A stretch of DNA of 64,000 nt, taken from IMG/VR virus record IMGVR_UViG_3300027976_000010. One strand, 5' to 3'. Origin of the DNA: an uncultured virus (IMG/VR IMGVR_UViG_3300027976_000010). Its lineage: Duplodnaviria > Heunggongvirae > Uroviricota > Caudoviricetes. Made by a program: the position numbers and the translations under genes. Below the pieces are notes generated by a model. That model worked only from the letters and a program-made list of their open reading frames with translations, did not search any database and was not told where the DNA came from. Positions 45,398 to 60,300 of the stretch are shown here, piece by piece; the stretch's first letter is position 1, and the number at the start of each line of letters is the position of its first letter.

Positions 45398-48300
45398 CTA
45401 TCTTTTATCGTAGCTTACATAGCCATAAAGCTTTTTATTCAAAATCTCCAGCGGCTCGCCTTGTCCGCGGCGGGCTAAGGCCACCGGAGATGTTGGGTCT
45501 TTTTCCGAATCCCATATATGTAGTTCGTCAAATAATGAGTCCATTTGGGGGACAAGCATAGAAAGGTTCCTGTTAATTACTGGTGGTATCCACTCCGGGA
45601 CCATTCTGCCAGTTCTTTTGAATCTGTCGTTATTCCGGGTTGCCAAAACATCATCCGGAGCAAAGAAGTAATGGGCGACTACTTTGTAGCCCTTTTTCTT
45701 CCACTTTTCAATATCTGAAGTCCCATCATTGAACTGCCCGCTCGTGTCATAGACCAAGTCAATTCCACGCTTAATCGCCTCGGCCGTGAGTTTTGCGGTG
45801 ATAGCACGGGATTCAATATGGGCCAAATTGGCGGCGTTGGGGTTCATTTCCCCGAACCAATGCCGAACTTCCGGCATAATAATTTTTGCATCGTCGGGAT
45901 CGGCGACGACAGCATTATCGTAACTCGGGATACCCATAAACCCGTTCATCCTAGCGTATGTTTTACCAGTACCGCTAGATCCGCCAAGGATGTATGCGGT
46001 TGGCAAATCTTCCGGATTTCTATCAGCAGAGCCGTCCAGCGCACGTTTTATGCTTCGGTTTATATACGGCATCCATAATCCGTTATATCGCGCGTCGGAA
46101 ATTTTGCCGCCCATCAGCCCGTATTTTTCTGCGGTTGATACTGGGTTTGATGAATTAAGCTCATCAAGACTGTAATCGGTTTTGTAGTCATCTATTAGAC
46201 CCAAATCTCGCGCCAAACTTACATCGACAAACGGCCTAATTGGGCCCGACATTGAGCCACTCGGATCGCTTACCGGCCACCGGTCGGATTCAAATGCAAC
46301 ACCCCATGGCATCAGTGGGTGTGGCATCAATCCCTCTGGAAGGAATTCTTCTGCGCCCTTTTCTCGTCTGACGGCATTAATGCGGGAGATGATTCGCTGG
46401 TTGCGTAATCTTTGTGCTTTGGCCAATATGTTCAATCGCCTTGCAATAGACACCCTCATGTCATGGAATTTATCAATCGAGCCATCGCCCACCGGCGGAT
46501 TTTTTAGCTCAGTTACCGCTCGGCGAATCCATTCGGCGTGACCAAATGCTATTGCATGCTTCCCCTCCGCAATTTCAGACAACGAAACCCAATCGGCTTT
46601 TTTAGCATCTGAGGCAGCCTGGAATTTGGTGTCCCATGGGATCATGAAAAATCCACCGCCGACACGGGTTCCTTTTACGAATCGCGGATCCCAGTCTGGA
46701 GTCGATATTAATCCAAGGGCTTTACCGCTTATCGAGTTATTTAGATCGATACCGACTTCCTCTAGGCCCTCTCGTGTTGCCGTGGTCATGTAGTCTTCGT
46801 CCCCGTCACGAAGTCCGCCCACTAATGCCTTGGCGTTTGTAAACGGACCGGATTTTCTGTCAATCATCAGCAATTGGGCGGTGGTGATGTCATTTCCCTG
46901 CATACGCATGATGACTGCGTCTGATCCTTCTATGAAACTTGTTTTCGCAATTGACCAGGCGTTTGAAGACCAGGTAACATCGTCATCATCGCCATATGTT
47001 AAGTTCAAATCTAGATTAAGTGGACTTGATAGGTTGACGGCAGCCGCGGCTTTTCTAAGCTCTGACTCGGATTCCAGCGCGGGCCCATAAATCGACTGGT
47101 AATATTCGTCCTGCGGCATCTGCGGCCGAGAAACGAACATTTTACCAATCGGTTCGTAGACTAGGCCAAAACTGCCGGCGCCGTCCATTGAGCCACTCGG
47201 AGCATCCTTTTCGCCATCAAATATTTGGGCGTGGGAATCGGTATCAAAAAATAGTTTGGCCTGTTGTCTTATTGTGGCATAGCGCGCGGCCTGTGTCGCA
47301 TCAATCCCGGTGAGTACGTCAATAACATTCATGCGGTAAGCGATTGCGCCGACTAAGTCAGTTGGTTCTTGCCCAATATCTCCGAATATCAATGCGGAGT
47401 TCGTTTGGAGAATTGCGTTTACCGAGAAAGGAGACATCCCATTCCTATAATCGTTGGCGCTAATTTGCTTACTGGAAATCTTAACTACGTATTCGTCAAG
47501 CAGTCTTTCAAATTCGTCAACCTGTTGTTTGTCTGTCGCTATATTAAGAACAATTTCAATAACCCTGTCGACAGTAAACCACTCATCTCCCGCCGCCTTT
47601 ATCATAAATGCACGCGCACGTTCCCTTTGATCATCTGTCTGCCTGGGGTAAAACTGCATTGAGCCTGACGGACCGGCTTCGTTAGGGAAGGAACCCATAT
47701 TGAATGCCTCAGTCGCCGCGATCGTTTCAGCGATAAGCTGCTCTTTTGTAATGCCCAACTCGCTTAACACCCCGGACAATGAGTCGTCATATTTATCATT
47801 GGCACTTGCTATCGCCAACAGTAAGTGATCGGTACCAACAAAATTCTGCCCCTTATTCATCGCCTGTTTTACTGCCCTAACCATTACGGTCCGAGCGTTT
47901 GCGCTAATTGGAACAATTCTGTTCTCCTTGTTACCGTCGGGGGCCCCCGGTGCAATGATCTCATTAATTGCGGTGCGCAATTTATTAATGTCTACATTCA
48001 GCCTCTTTAGAACGCGCCCAGCTATGGTCTGGTTGTACGCCCGCTTGCCGATATTTTCTCGTGCGAGGCCCAATAGGAGGTGCGGGACACTTACTTCGTT
48101 GTGATCAGATTTCTTCGCCTCTTCGTGACCATGAACAATGGCCAATAGGCCCGGCTTTGTATACCTATGGAGGGCCATTGATCCGCTGACGGCATCGCTT
48201 GGCGGTATCTCATCATGTTTGTATTCGTAAGTTAGGTATTCGTAACCATTGCTTCCGAGCCATTCATTAAATGTCGGAATATAAACGTCATCCTTATTTG

Positions 48301-51300
48301 ATGTGGCGCCGTCGTTTGTCACTCGGTCGAGTTGGGCGACATCAAGGACTGTTCGCTTATATTTCCCAAGTAAATTTTTACGTTCCACCCTGGCGTCATG
48401 CTCGCGGTCGAATATCGCAATTTTTCTCAACATCTCGCCGACGGAAATAACCGAATCAAGCGATTCCAGCCGTCCGGCGGTAAATTTCACCAATTGCTCA
48501 ATCGTAGGACCGATGACCGGCTCTAGTGCCTCCTTGAAATCCTGCTGTCTAGCGAGCTGTCTTTCGGCATCCGCAATTCGGCCGAGCATTTCCTCATCTT
48601 CGGCAAATTCCGCATTGGATTTCAGTGCGGCAATTAAACCACTATACATTTCAATTAAGTCCTCAGCCTGATGTAGATCTTGCGTCATCTCCATAACGAT
48701 GCCGTATTGCATTTTGTTATATTCGCGCACCCGGCGCAAATTCTGATTTATAACCGCTCTTTTGGCAACCCATGGCCAACTTCGTTGCTCGCCCGTAATA
48801 ATGTCATCCATGTTAAGTACCGGATACAGATCGTGGGTTTTATTCCAGTCGATCCACGGGAACATTCTGTTTGCCGTATTCCCGGATGATATTCCGGGGA
48901 AGTCATCTCGGGTTTCAATCTCGTATTGCATCATTTCCGAAAGGTCACGTAGCGCTGCCGTCATGCCTTCTGGGATATGGAGCATTTTGGTCGGCTGAAT
49001 CAGGTCATTAATGATTTTTGCAATTGAACCGATTTCATTGGCATCCCTGTTTCTTGCAATATGCGAAATAAATGCACCGAATTCATCCGATGCGTCCATT
49101 TGCATCAATTCAAGGGCCGAAACACCATACTCACCGTCCGCGTCAAAACGCACCTCCCACAGATACTTATCCGGCGAACCACTTAAGTCTTCGTCAAAGT
49201 TTACAATTCCGGCATTTAGGCTAGGATCGGCGCTCCACCTAACCGACCTGTTATAAGGTTTTTTGGCGCCATAACCGGCGTACACAATATCTGGTCCATA
49301 AATTGTCCATTGACCAGTCCAGTCTTTTCGCGGAAAGATTCCAACCATTGGATCGGAACTGGAATTAGTACCAATATGATACGCCAGTTGGTCTGAAAAT
49401 AATTGTGCAACCGTCGACGCTATGCCGTTTGCGGCGTCATTAAATTGTTCGCGGGCTGACGCGGACAGCGTAATCGGGGCGTGATCGTCTATATCATCAT
49501 CTTCGTCCGCCCAGGGTCTATCTATCATGGTCGCGTTTCTCTCATCGTTTGCTTTTCCTATCACCCTGTCAACGAAGTCCAAATCAGCCCCAGGCAAATC
49601 GTATATGGACTTGAGTACCCTGTCAAAGAAATGCGCAGCTACCTGGTCGTCGACAACGCCTGGATTATCAAAATTCATAGACGCATTGAAACTCGCCAGG
49701 GCGAATTTATCAATTACATGGTTCGCCATGCTCTGAATGGAAACCATAAATCTCGCTTTTTGCATCCACTGCTTAGAATCTTTGGATGAGTTTAACTTGC
49801 GGATAAATAAGTTATATAGTCTGTCTGCGTTTTCGGCTGTTGATTCATCAAGTGTGTTTCTTGACGCCGCATACGATCGCGCGAATTCGTTCAACCAGTC
49901 TGCGTCCGATCCGGTTATCAAAACTGGGCGCGGATCCAGGGAATTAACAACCATACTTACAAAGTCGCTAAATGACATCCCCGGCCCATCGGTATCATCA
50001 ATATCTTCGTCCGGCTCAAGCATGTCCCTAAAATCGCCATCCATGTCGGCTCCGTCATATGCGCCCCGAGGTTGATTTTCCAACCGCCATAGTGACAAAA
50101 TGGCTTGTTCAAAAAGATTATTCATGGCACGCCCGATGCCGGGGAAAGCGCCATACTCATCCATTTGGTCGACGCTAAGCTTCATTCCGTCAATTGCTTC
50201 GCCGATAGCAACTTCATCCGGCATCGTAATTGAAAAGTTTGGCTCGTCCACCGCGGAGGTGGCGTCTAGATCAAACTCGTCATCGTCGATGAGATTCTGC
50301 GCATCATCATGGTTTTCTAAAACCCCACCGTTCATGACCCAATTCAACATTTTGGCCATAGACGGCCTCCAGCGATTTAATGCATCCTGGTCTTTTGCGG
50401 CGCCGTTTGCGCGGAGACGAGCGGATGCCGGGCCGGTTTCTGGGCTATACGGTTCCGCGACAACGGTCGGGGGAAATTCTGGAAGAAATACGCGAACGCT
50501 CGGATCGTCCGAGTCCCAAGCCGGGGTCGGGCCGGCTACCTGTTCAACATCTTCACCCACTCTTCTATTTGCCATTGAACCACTCGGACTATCTCCCGAA
50601 ATCAAATCTGAGGCATTCTGATAGTCTATTGGCGCATTGGATTCCGTTAATATCGAGCGTATTGTTTCTGCTCCGACTCCATACTTTCTCATCGCCTGTC
50701 GTTTTGACATACCGCCGGCCATGTCGGCAATAACCTTGTCGGCGTTGGCCATTATCCAAATTTTCTTTCCTACGGCGTCGGGGGCGATTCCGGCCCGCCT
50801 AAGGTCGTGCAATATGTTCCTTACCGTATTTGCATTAAACCCGGTTACGCCGATAATGTCCTGTTCTCCGTAGCCTGATTGGGCCAAGGCCAGCACGGCA
50901 TCTTTTTTGGAAGTTGGCATTACGGACAGCAAGTATTTGCGAACTTCGCTATCTGATGGATTCGTTTTGCCCACGGCCCTACCAAAGGCGTCCATTGTTT
51001 TATTTTTTTGTAATTTTTTAAGTTGTGCTAGCTGTAGCACGGCACGTTTCCCAAGTGTTTTTTCAATTGCGGCATCGCTTCGGTGCGCATCACTCATTTC
51101 AAGAAGTTTTTGGATAACCGACCAGTTACCGGCGATCCACAAAAAATGCCCATTTGGGGCTTTTATCTTGTCAATCTTTTTATTTTTGGACCAGATGTCG
51201 TTTAATTGAACGCCAAGCGCATTGGCCACACGCGAGGCCGCCGCGGTTGATAATCCGAATTTACCAGACCGAAGTTTCTTGATTACACCTGGTTGTGTAT

Positions 51301-54300
51301 TAAAAAATGCCGCGAGCGCAACATCATTCAGAATCCCCAAAGACCCATATTTTTCAAAGATCGATTTTGTGGGAAATTTACCGCTTCGTACGAGGTCTGA
51401 ATCCTTCAAGCCGACCCATGAGAATATCGGACTTTCTCCGGTCGGGGTAACCGAATTCATCCCAAAAATAGCTTCGGATATATTTGAGCGACGGAGAGCC
51501 GAAGCCGTTGCGCCATAGGGCCCATCAAGGGAGCCGTAAGCCTCTGCCATTTCATTTAATTGGAGTTTCTGGAATTGACGCATTTCTTCCGGTATGGCGG
51601 TTTTGCCCATATCCGAATCGAGCCAATCAAGTTGCTCCCCATAGGTCATAAATCTCCAATCATCTGGAGTTAGTGCATCAAATCTTAGGCCGCCATACCG
51701 CTTCGTCTGTTCAATTTCGGCAGAAAATTTACGTAGTGAATTTATTGACGAAGTTGGAATGCCGGCACTACGGGCAGCCCGTTCTATCTGATCGGATACA
51801 TAAAGCGTATTGGCGTTGGATTTTGCGATGTGTCTTAATGCCAGTTCTATATTATCCAGGGATGCTAGTGCAATATGTTCTGGCGTATCCAGTATTGCCT
51901 CAATCGTAATGCCAAGTTCCCCAAGCTCTGGTATTTTTTCAGATATTATTCCCGCGGCTGCATTTTTTGTATAGCCATCTTTTAGGATGTAGGCCATTTC
52001 TTGCGCCCCGGTAATTAAAATTGCAAGTTTCCGTGACTGCAAATCTGCGTCTAGCGCCCGCCGTAGTAAATTCAGGTCCAAGTTTAAGCGCTCGGCGATA
52101 GTGGACATCGGTGAGGTTTTTGATTCGTCACGGATTGAGTTCATAATTTCTGATCGCTCGTGCTCTATCAGGGATATGCCTCTATCAAATATCCCATGTT
52201 TTAAAATTGTTTTATCTCGGCCAATATTTCGTAGGTCGGAAAGAATTGTTGCGGACACCGCCGGAAGAATGGATTCCGCCAATTCAGAGAATACGGCGTA
52301 GTCGGGCGTTAATTCATTTGCGTGGAGGCGGCTTCGCTCTAAAAGAATTGAATTTCTTACAGCGTCTGAAATTGTTGCATCTGGCCCCGATCGCAGATTA
52401 GATACTAAATTTCTAGAAAACCTACTTCTTATGGAGCGGGCTGTCCGTTGTAGCCCAAGGACGGATTGTGCAATTCTTGAAACTTGTATATTCCCTGATA
52501 CCAAAGCGCCAAGCGCCGACTGTCGCGCAATCTTGGAGCTGGCATTTATGTCCGTCAGATCAAGGCCCTTTAATGCATTCAGCTGGCGGAGCACATGCTG
52601 CGAAAACTCTTTTTCGGCAGGCGTCATCAGCACGCGTGCATCCCGTCGCTCGGCTTCTTGTGCCTGAACGCCCTGAGCGTAAATTGCGACTCCAGTGGTC
52701 GGATGTCTCCCGACCCGCTTCATCGACCCAGATGGCGACGATCCATCGCCCATAATGTTGTTAGGGTCATCGCTTAGTGCCTGTAGCGCATCATCGGTCG
52801 CTCTCTGAAGAGCCCTAATCCGAATAAATTCGGCTGCGTTATCTGCTAATTCCCGTATTTCCTTAACTCGTTCCTGAAGTTCCGAAACTGTTTCATCATA
52901 GCCACGGAGAGCCCGAAGACTCGCCTCTGCCTGGATGCTGAGATCTTGGATCCCGGCTTCAAGTTGCAAAAGTATCGGGCCGTAATTTGCATCCCACTTT
53001 TGTAGATTATACAAATAATCACGCGGAGTGGTTGTGATCGCATCGTAGCGCTCAAGTTGTTTACGTGTATTAAGTAGCGTCCGTTGAGAGCTCACACGTT
53101 TTAGTATTTCTGCCCGTATTCGCGCCTGATACTGTTTTGATGTGACGTCTTTGGATAATTCGGCATCCTGTATAAGCGAGTCGATATGAAAAAGCTGACC
53201 CGCTATAGACTCGTTTGAGTCTATTATTTCAACAATTTTTGCGAGCGCAAATGAGCGAGCGAGTTCTTGTGCCCTGTCCCTGCCGGCTTGGCGTGCGCGA
53301 GAAAGCATTCTGTCAAAATTATCAATTTGACCATTTTCACGAGCGACGGTTTTCAGGCCGGCAATGACCGCTTCTTCCAGGTAGCCAGAGGTCTGCGCAA
53401 TTTCTATTTCATCAAGCGTGTCTGGTCCGGTGAACAGAGGCCACCAGGAATCCCGAAGGGCCTTACTGGATAGGGCTTTTGAGCGAACAATTTTCTTCTC
53501 TTTTTCTAAGCGGGCCGTATCGATAAGACGACTTCTACGTTCCGCCCCGAAACCGGTAGTGCGTCCTATCGGCGATTCGGTTACTAATCCAGATGACAAC
53601 GGCAGGGTTTCTATGTCCATCCAGTCGCCCTGTGATTCAACATACGCCAGGATCTTGTCCATATCCAATGATGACGGGTCTGATTCAAGTAGCTGTAAGA
53701 GCTTATTCGTTTCTGTCCCGTATCGGGTATTTTCGTGTAGCCACTCCGAGCCAAAAGAATGCTTCGCCCCAGTAAAATTATCGTGACGGTCGCGCAGAGC
53801 GACGGCTGTTGGGTGGGTGCGGATATCAAAATTTTGTGGGCGCAGCGATAAATCATCATCGGTATTAGCGTCGTATGGTTCAAATTCGGCGATGGCATCA
53901 GGCGCCTCGGGGCCGTCCGCAAGAAGACGCGCCGGGACATAGAGCATTAATCCTCTTGAGTCAGCCCTAAACTCGGAGTGCGGAAACTCCGACACGATTA
54001 TTTTTTCAAGTTCTATATTGATAGCTTTCTGTATAGAAATTAGACGTTTTTCTATATCTGACGCGGTGACAGCGCCCGCATTTGAAAATAAATTCATTGC
54101 AGTTCCATCAAAAGTCTGGCTGTCAATTCCCGTATAGTCATTTGGGATATCAATTCCGTTATTGCGCACAATTTCTATTGCGCGTTTTTCGGCTATACTA
54201 AACTGGGAACGCGCTTCATCGTCATGCTTTTTACGCGGTGTCCGCTTTGCATCAAGAAGAGCGATATACCGCGGACTAACATTCGGCAGTGCGGACAACA

Positions 54301-57300
54301 TAGATCCGCTTGGATTTTCGTTATCGATTTCAAATACGTCATCGGCTTCCTCCCACTCACTGTCCGCCGGTTGGACATTGTATTTTTTTATTTCTGATCT
54401 GTGGCGGCGCTTTTGTTCTTGGAGGCGTGCAAACTCTTCTTCATCCAAGGCCCGTGATACGGCGTCATCGTCATCACGATTAATGAATTGTTTTAGCAGG
54501 CTGGCGACATCGCTATCCAGCTGTGCCCCGGCATCGTTTGCCAGTTGTGTCATTTCCACTCGATCAGCAGCGATTGCACTTTGTTTCTTGCCGAGCCGGG
54601 TTTGTGCGTATTGCAATTTGCGCGCCGCCTCCGCATACTCGCCGATTGGAAGAATTTCCCTACCGCCACTGAAAAAATAGTCAACGAGCGATACATAGTT
54701 TCCGAAGTCGTCGGCATTTGTCCCATCTGGCAATAAATCTCCGAAGGCGCTATTGGCGGCAGTCGTAATTAGATCCGTTATGTCATCCGGTCCATATCCA
54801 TCGGCATTGGTATACGTGGACACCCCGTGGGGTGACTTGGAAAACTCGGCATTGATCCTGGCGAGCTGTTTTTGCATTTTTATTCTGGCTTGGTTGATGG
54901 ACCTTTTATTGGCCAGGCCGGGATTACTTTTATGAAGCGCCGGCAGAATGAATTTCTCAAATAGTCGTTCAATTTGTTGAGACGTCAACGCGCCTATTAT
55001 CCGATTTGCGGATTCTGTCGTACCATCGTATGAACTGATTGTGTCAAATTGAATCGAGCGAATTATATTTTGGTCATCCGCCGAAAGATCGGCAATGTCA
55101 TTGGTGGTCTCGTTTGACCCAGCAATACGAACCGATCCGACGCCGTCAACGGGGTACTTCTTGACAAAATTATAGAGCGTGTGCCGAAGTTCATTTTTGG
55201 CTTTATTCCCGTGAATTGCCAAAACGAACGCGTGTCGTCGCATTCGTGCTGTCGACTCATTTGCAACATCTTGCAGTTCGCGTGCGATGTCGCTATCTAC
55301 ACCCGTTAGCGGTTTGACTACATGGAACCATATTGCACCCATATCGTTATAGTTATCAATTGGGAATAACGCCCGAAGCGCGGCGTCAAAGGAGATCTCA
55401 TCTTGGCTTGCACTTAAAATGATTTTATCAATTACATCATCGGCGAGCTGAACTTTTGTATTTTCCTTCATCAAAGATGCGATCGTGCGTAATTGGTTTC
55501 TACCAGTTTGGGTAGCGGAATAATGCGAAATACCCAAAGCGGACTGCTGTCTGAATTGCTCTGTCCGTTCGGCTTCGTTATCCTCTCTACTTAATGTCCG
55601 AGGTTGCCCCTGCCCAGAGCTTACGTGATCGGAAATAACAGACAATTGTTCCCGTGACAAACTGTCGACAAAATCCTCGGCTGAATTAACGGATTCGTCT
55701 ATACTATTAATCAGGAAATTTTGCATTTGCTGTTGCGGAGTTGGAGCGTACTGGACAGCGGCCGGATCAGCGTCGCCGTCGGCACGATCATTGGTTATCC
55801 GAAGTAATTCCGTCCTAATTTCGGGCGACATTTCCGATGATGGGCCGTTCAAAAGTTGTGCCAAAAACGCACGGTCAAAGTCAAAATTTTCACCGAGAAT
55901 TTCGGCTGCCTCTTTGGGGGTTGTAAACTCAAGTAATTCATTCCGCGTTGGTTCCGGGGCCCAAATGTCCGGCACTATGGCTGGTGCGTCATCTCCACGA
56001 ACGGATAGCCGACCATTGATATGGTCGACAAATTCCCCACGTCGCTTAATATCGGTCGAGTTTGGGAGCCCAGACGATATTTCATCAAATATTGTGGATA
56101 TTTGACTATCGGTAAAACCATAAATTTTACCCGAAAAGGTTACATCTGAATCGGTGGCCTCCAGCGCAAGGTTATGTAAATCCCTTAGGGCATTTGTTTT
56201 CGGGAATGGGCCGAGCGCGACCCAGTCGGCGTCAATTATTTTCTCTAATTGAGATTTTTTCCATTGCGTTACCCTGAATTGGCGCTCTTCATCGGGCGAC
56301 ATTTCAAGTGCCTTCTTATTGGCCCTAAGAATATGTAGCCGATCAAAGTCTTGCCGTAGTAGCGCCATTTTTTCCGGATCGGGGATCTTCCACCAGTCAA
56401 TATTTGAACTCTCGTCGTTTCCCGCACCCTGTGTCATTGACCCAGACGGGTTTGCGGTATCTCTAACCTGAAGGTCCGTTACGCCCATTTCCGAAAGCAA
56501 CGCGCGAATGGCTTCATCATCATAGAGATCAGCGTGGGATCCCTGTGCTAATAGTTCTTTTATTTCATAAAATGACAAATTCTTATAGTCGTCCATAATG
56601 ATCGACAAAATATCTTTATTCGCATCGAGTTCTTCTATGGGTATTCCGCTCAGCGGATTAACCGGTGCGTCTAGGTCGATTTTGATTTTATTCCAGAGGC
56701 TCGGTTCGGTTGCCGCCAAAATATTAACAATATCTTCGGCTGTTGCGAAATCAAAATTATTCCATCGGTTCAATTGCGCGTTCACTCGTTTTGTTAATGA
56801 ATGTACCGTTTCGGAGTCAGTTTCTAAATTCGCTGAAAGTATTGTTTGCAATGCCGTTGTTTTTAATGACGACGAAATATCCCCGTCGTACCGCCCGGGG
56901 ATTCTTCGCGGTCTGAAATTATCAAACGTTTGTTGCGGAGCCTTTTCTTCTATGATGTCGTAAAGCCCATCAATTCGTTTGTTGAATTCCATCATCATTT
57001 TGATGCGGTCGTTATTGAAAAATTTCCGCACGCCGGTTTCCTTGCCGGTTTTTGCATTCTCCATAACCATATCTGGATCCCGAATCCAGGTTTCAAACCT
57101 GTATGCAAACTGGGTTGGATTCAGTTCCTCGGAGTGATACGACAGAATATCGCTTACGGCCTTTGATCCAGCAACACCGCTAGACGGAGTAAGCGAAAAT
57201 GTAGCCAGGGTGCTAAACATGTCAGCATAATATGGATACCTCCCCCGTATGTACATTCCGACTCCGAGTTCATCGGCAATATACTCACTTATATTTTTTG

Positions 57301-60300
57301 CCATCTCTGAATTTTTATGTAACGATGATTTCGGGAAAATAGCCCCATCTCTTCCGCCGGGAGTGCGATATATCGGCGGAAACTGTTTGCCCGATGTGAG
57401 TAATCGTAAATATGCGTTTCTGGACACTTCGTCGGTCCAGTTGAACGTAATACTAGAAAGCCCTGCCGGTTCCTGCTGCGACTCCAACCGATACTTCCAA
57501 AATAATTCATTATTGTCATCCATGCTTTGCCAATGTTTGGCAAACTCTGGCGAATCATGTAACCCCGTGACCAAATTGGACAGTGTTAGCTGATGTGGTG
57601 AATAACGACCGGCCATGGAGCCAGAAACGGGGGTTTCATCGTCGCCCTCCCATTCAAACTTCTTCGGCGCCCCCCGGGGAGGAGGCGTTACTTCGTTGAT
57701 GTTACGGACGGTTACGCTAATCGCCACCCGCAAGTTTTCGGCCCGTGCGGTCTGGTTATTTGTAATTGCATCATCCAATAGGCTATTCTGCATTGTTAGG
57801 CGCTCATTAAGTAGCTCTATCGGCTTAAGTCCCCTGCGACGCTTACTACGGCTCCGTACCGAGTATAGATTCACACTGGAAAACGCAGAAGCTAGGAGCG
57901 GGTCGTCTTGGTATTTTTTTCGCATGCGGCCGGCGAAGGTATCAAATGATCTAGTAAGTTCCGCAGTTAAGCGCAATGGAAGACCGCCCTGGATCATGTC
58001 GTCGACATGGCTTGAAATTATTTCAAGTGCGGTTTTGAGCCCGCTGGCCTGCGCCCACTGCTCGTTAATTAGGTCGTCAAGAAGGGTTTCAAGTTGCAGT
58101 AGCTTATTGGATATCGGTACCGATGCGGCGGATTCGTAAATTAGATCACTTGCCGCGGCATCAAATGCGGCCCAGCGCAATTCAAGACTGGCGTATTTGC
58201 TATTTTTTAACTTAGCAAATCTTTCTCTGGGACTTCGTATGCCGCCCATTGAGCCGGTCGGGTCCGTTGACGAAATTTTCCGTGGAAGACTCCCAACAAA
58301 GGGCCGTTTTGATGAATAGAACGGGAGGAAGTGGTCGGCCCATTGATAAACTTCCTGCGTCAAGCCGTCGATTAAATCTCTATCTTTTGGCGTGCGGGCA
58401 CCAACTGATGCGGCGGTCATCACCAGGGTGATGGCCCTGAATAGGCTCATTTCTCCTTTGAGTACGGACGCTGGCGTCTTGGGATTAAAGGCATCCAGTT
58501 TTAATTTTTCGGTTTTTTGATCATACGATGTCGCATAATCTTCCAATCTAAGCGTTCCGTTTCTCGCCCGTTCGTACATCGTGTCTAGTAGTTCTGCCGC
58601 CTCCCGGACAAGCTCCGCCTGTCGGTATCGCGAGCCCAGGGATATCCGCATGGATCCATTTCTTTTTTTCGGGAATTGATACCCCCGCGCGATCTCCGTC
58701 CTAATATTGTCGGCCACAGGGCTCCAGGATCCAGATTCCCTTTTGTCACGGGGATAGTTTTGGCCGATATGCCCGACCATGGATCCACTCGGACCGTACC
58801 CAAAAGGGGCGGCGTTTAGGTAGTTTTCAACCAGTGGATCAATGTCGTAATTTTCTCGATCAATTAAATCGTCCGTAATAAGCACCATTCGCCGTGACGC
58901 CATATTGGCATATTCATCCATGTTCCCGGCAAGCCCGGCAAGTGCGTGTTTTGCGTCCCCCAAAACCCCAAGGGCCGTCATTGTATTGGGGTATACCGAA
59001 TCATTATTTCTAAATTGACCACGATTGTTGCCCTGAATGTCGTTATCATATTCTCCCAGCGTGTGTAAAAAGTTGGGGATGCTATTCGCGTAGCGGTCAA
59101 TTAAAAGCGCGGCGGGCGATGGCAGAATCATTAAATCAAAAATTTTGTTTGATTGTTTTGGATTGCCACCGAGAAGGCCGTCGATTAAGGCTCGTATGGA
59201 ATTTGTATAATCGTTATTGTTGACTCGGTCCAGCTGATACTGGCGAAGGCGCAGGGCGTTAGCTATCAGGACAAGCGGATTAGAGGAGCTATCCGTAATG
59301 CGCTGCGGGATTCTGTAATGAACATCCTCGATCGGATAGTTTGTCAGCGTGGCGTTGATATTGTCATCAAGCGGATAATTGTCGGGGCCGAACCCCTCGT
59401 TGATCTGTCTGTGGGATAGCCATGATTCCTTGGCCGAGTCAAGAAGGACATCGGCCGTCTCAGGGTCTACGGCCATAAACTCAGCGCGTTTTTTGGGGCT
59501 CATTTGTTTCAGGGTGCGGTGTAACATTCGGCGTTTGCCGTATTGCAATAAATTTGCCCATAGTTGGATTTGGTCGTTGTTGTCGACCAAAAATATTGGA
59601 TTATCAGAATAGAGATATGAGGTAATAGATTCAAATGCTTTTGCGTTTTCCGTGCTGAGCCTGGTAATATTCCTGTCCCTTTGCGGGGGATTTAATTCGG
59701 AAGCGAGAGCTATGGCGTCACCGGGAGAAGCTGGGGAATATTTCTCTATCGTGCTCCCGTCTAAATAATTGTTGCGCGCGAAAATGTCCCGCATTACTCT
59801 TCGCAACTTATCTTCGCCAATCGGCGCTATAACCGCGGCGACATGCTCATTTCTTGTAGAAAATGCTTGTTTTGAGTTGTCAAGATGCTCTGCGACAGCA
59901 AGCGGCACATCGTTATCAAATAAGTCCTCACTTTTCCTCAATAATCCATTTTCTTTCGCAGCGGCAATTATTTCTAAGCGCGCTCTTCTTCTAGCTTCGG
60001 TATAATCAACAAGATGCGTATCTAGCAAATCAAATAATTGTCCCATTTTTGCTAGTACGGCAGTTGATTCTTTGTCAGCTAGTAACTGTTCAAGAAGATT
60101 GTTCATTATTCCAAATGAGCTATCCATTAAATCTGAATCATGGACCAGAACGCCATGCGCCGCGACATACATTGCGAATGAATTCAGGGCCGACCCAAGG
60201 ATGGTTTCGCGTATTGGCTCGCTATTAGCGTTACGGACGGAATTTGATACATCGAGCAGGCGTCGCAATAAGACATTTCCATAGTCATGCGGGTAGACGG

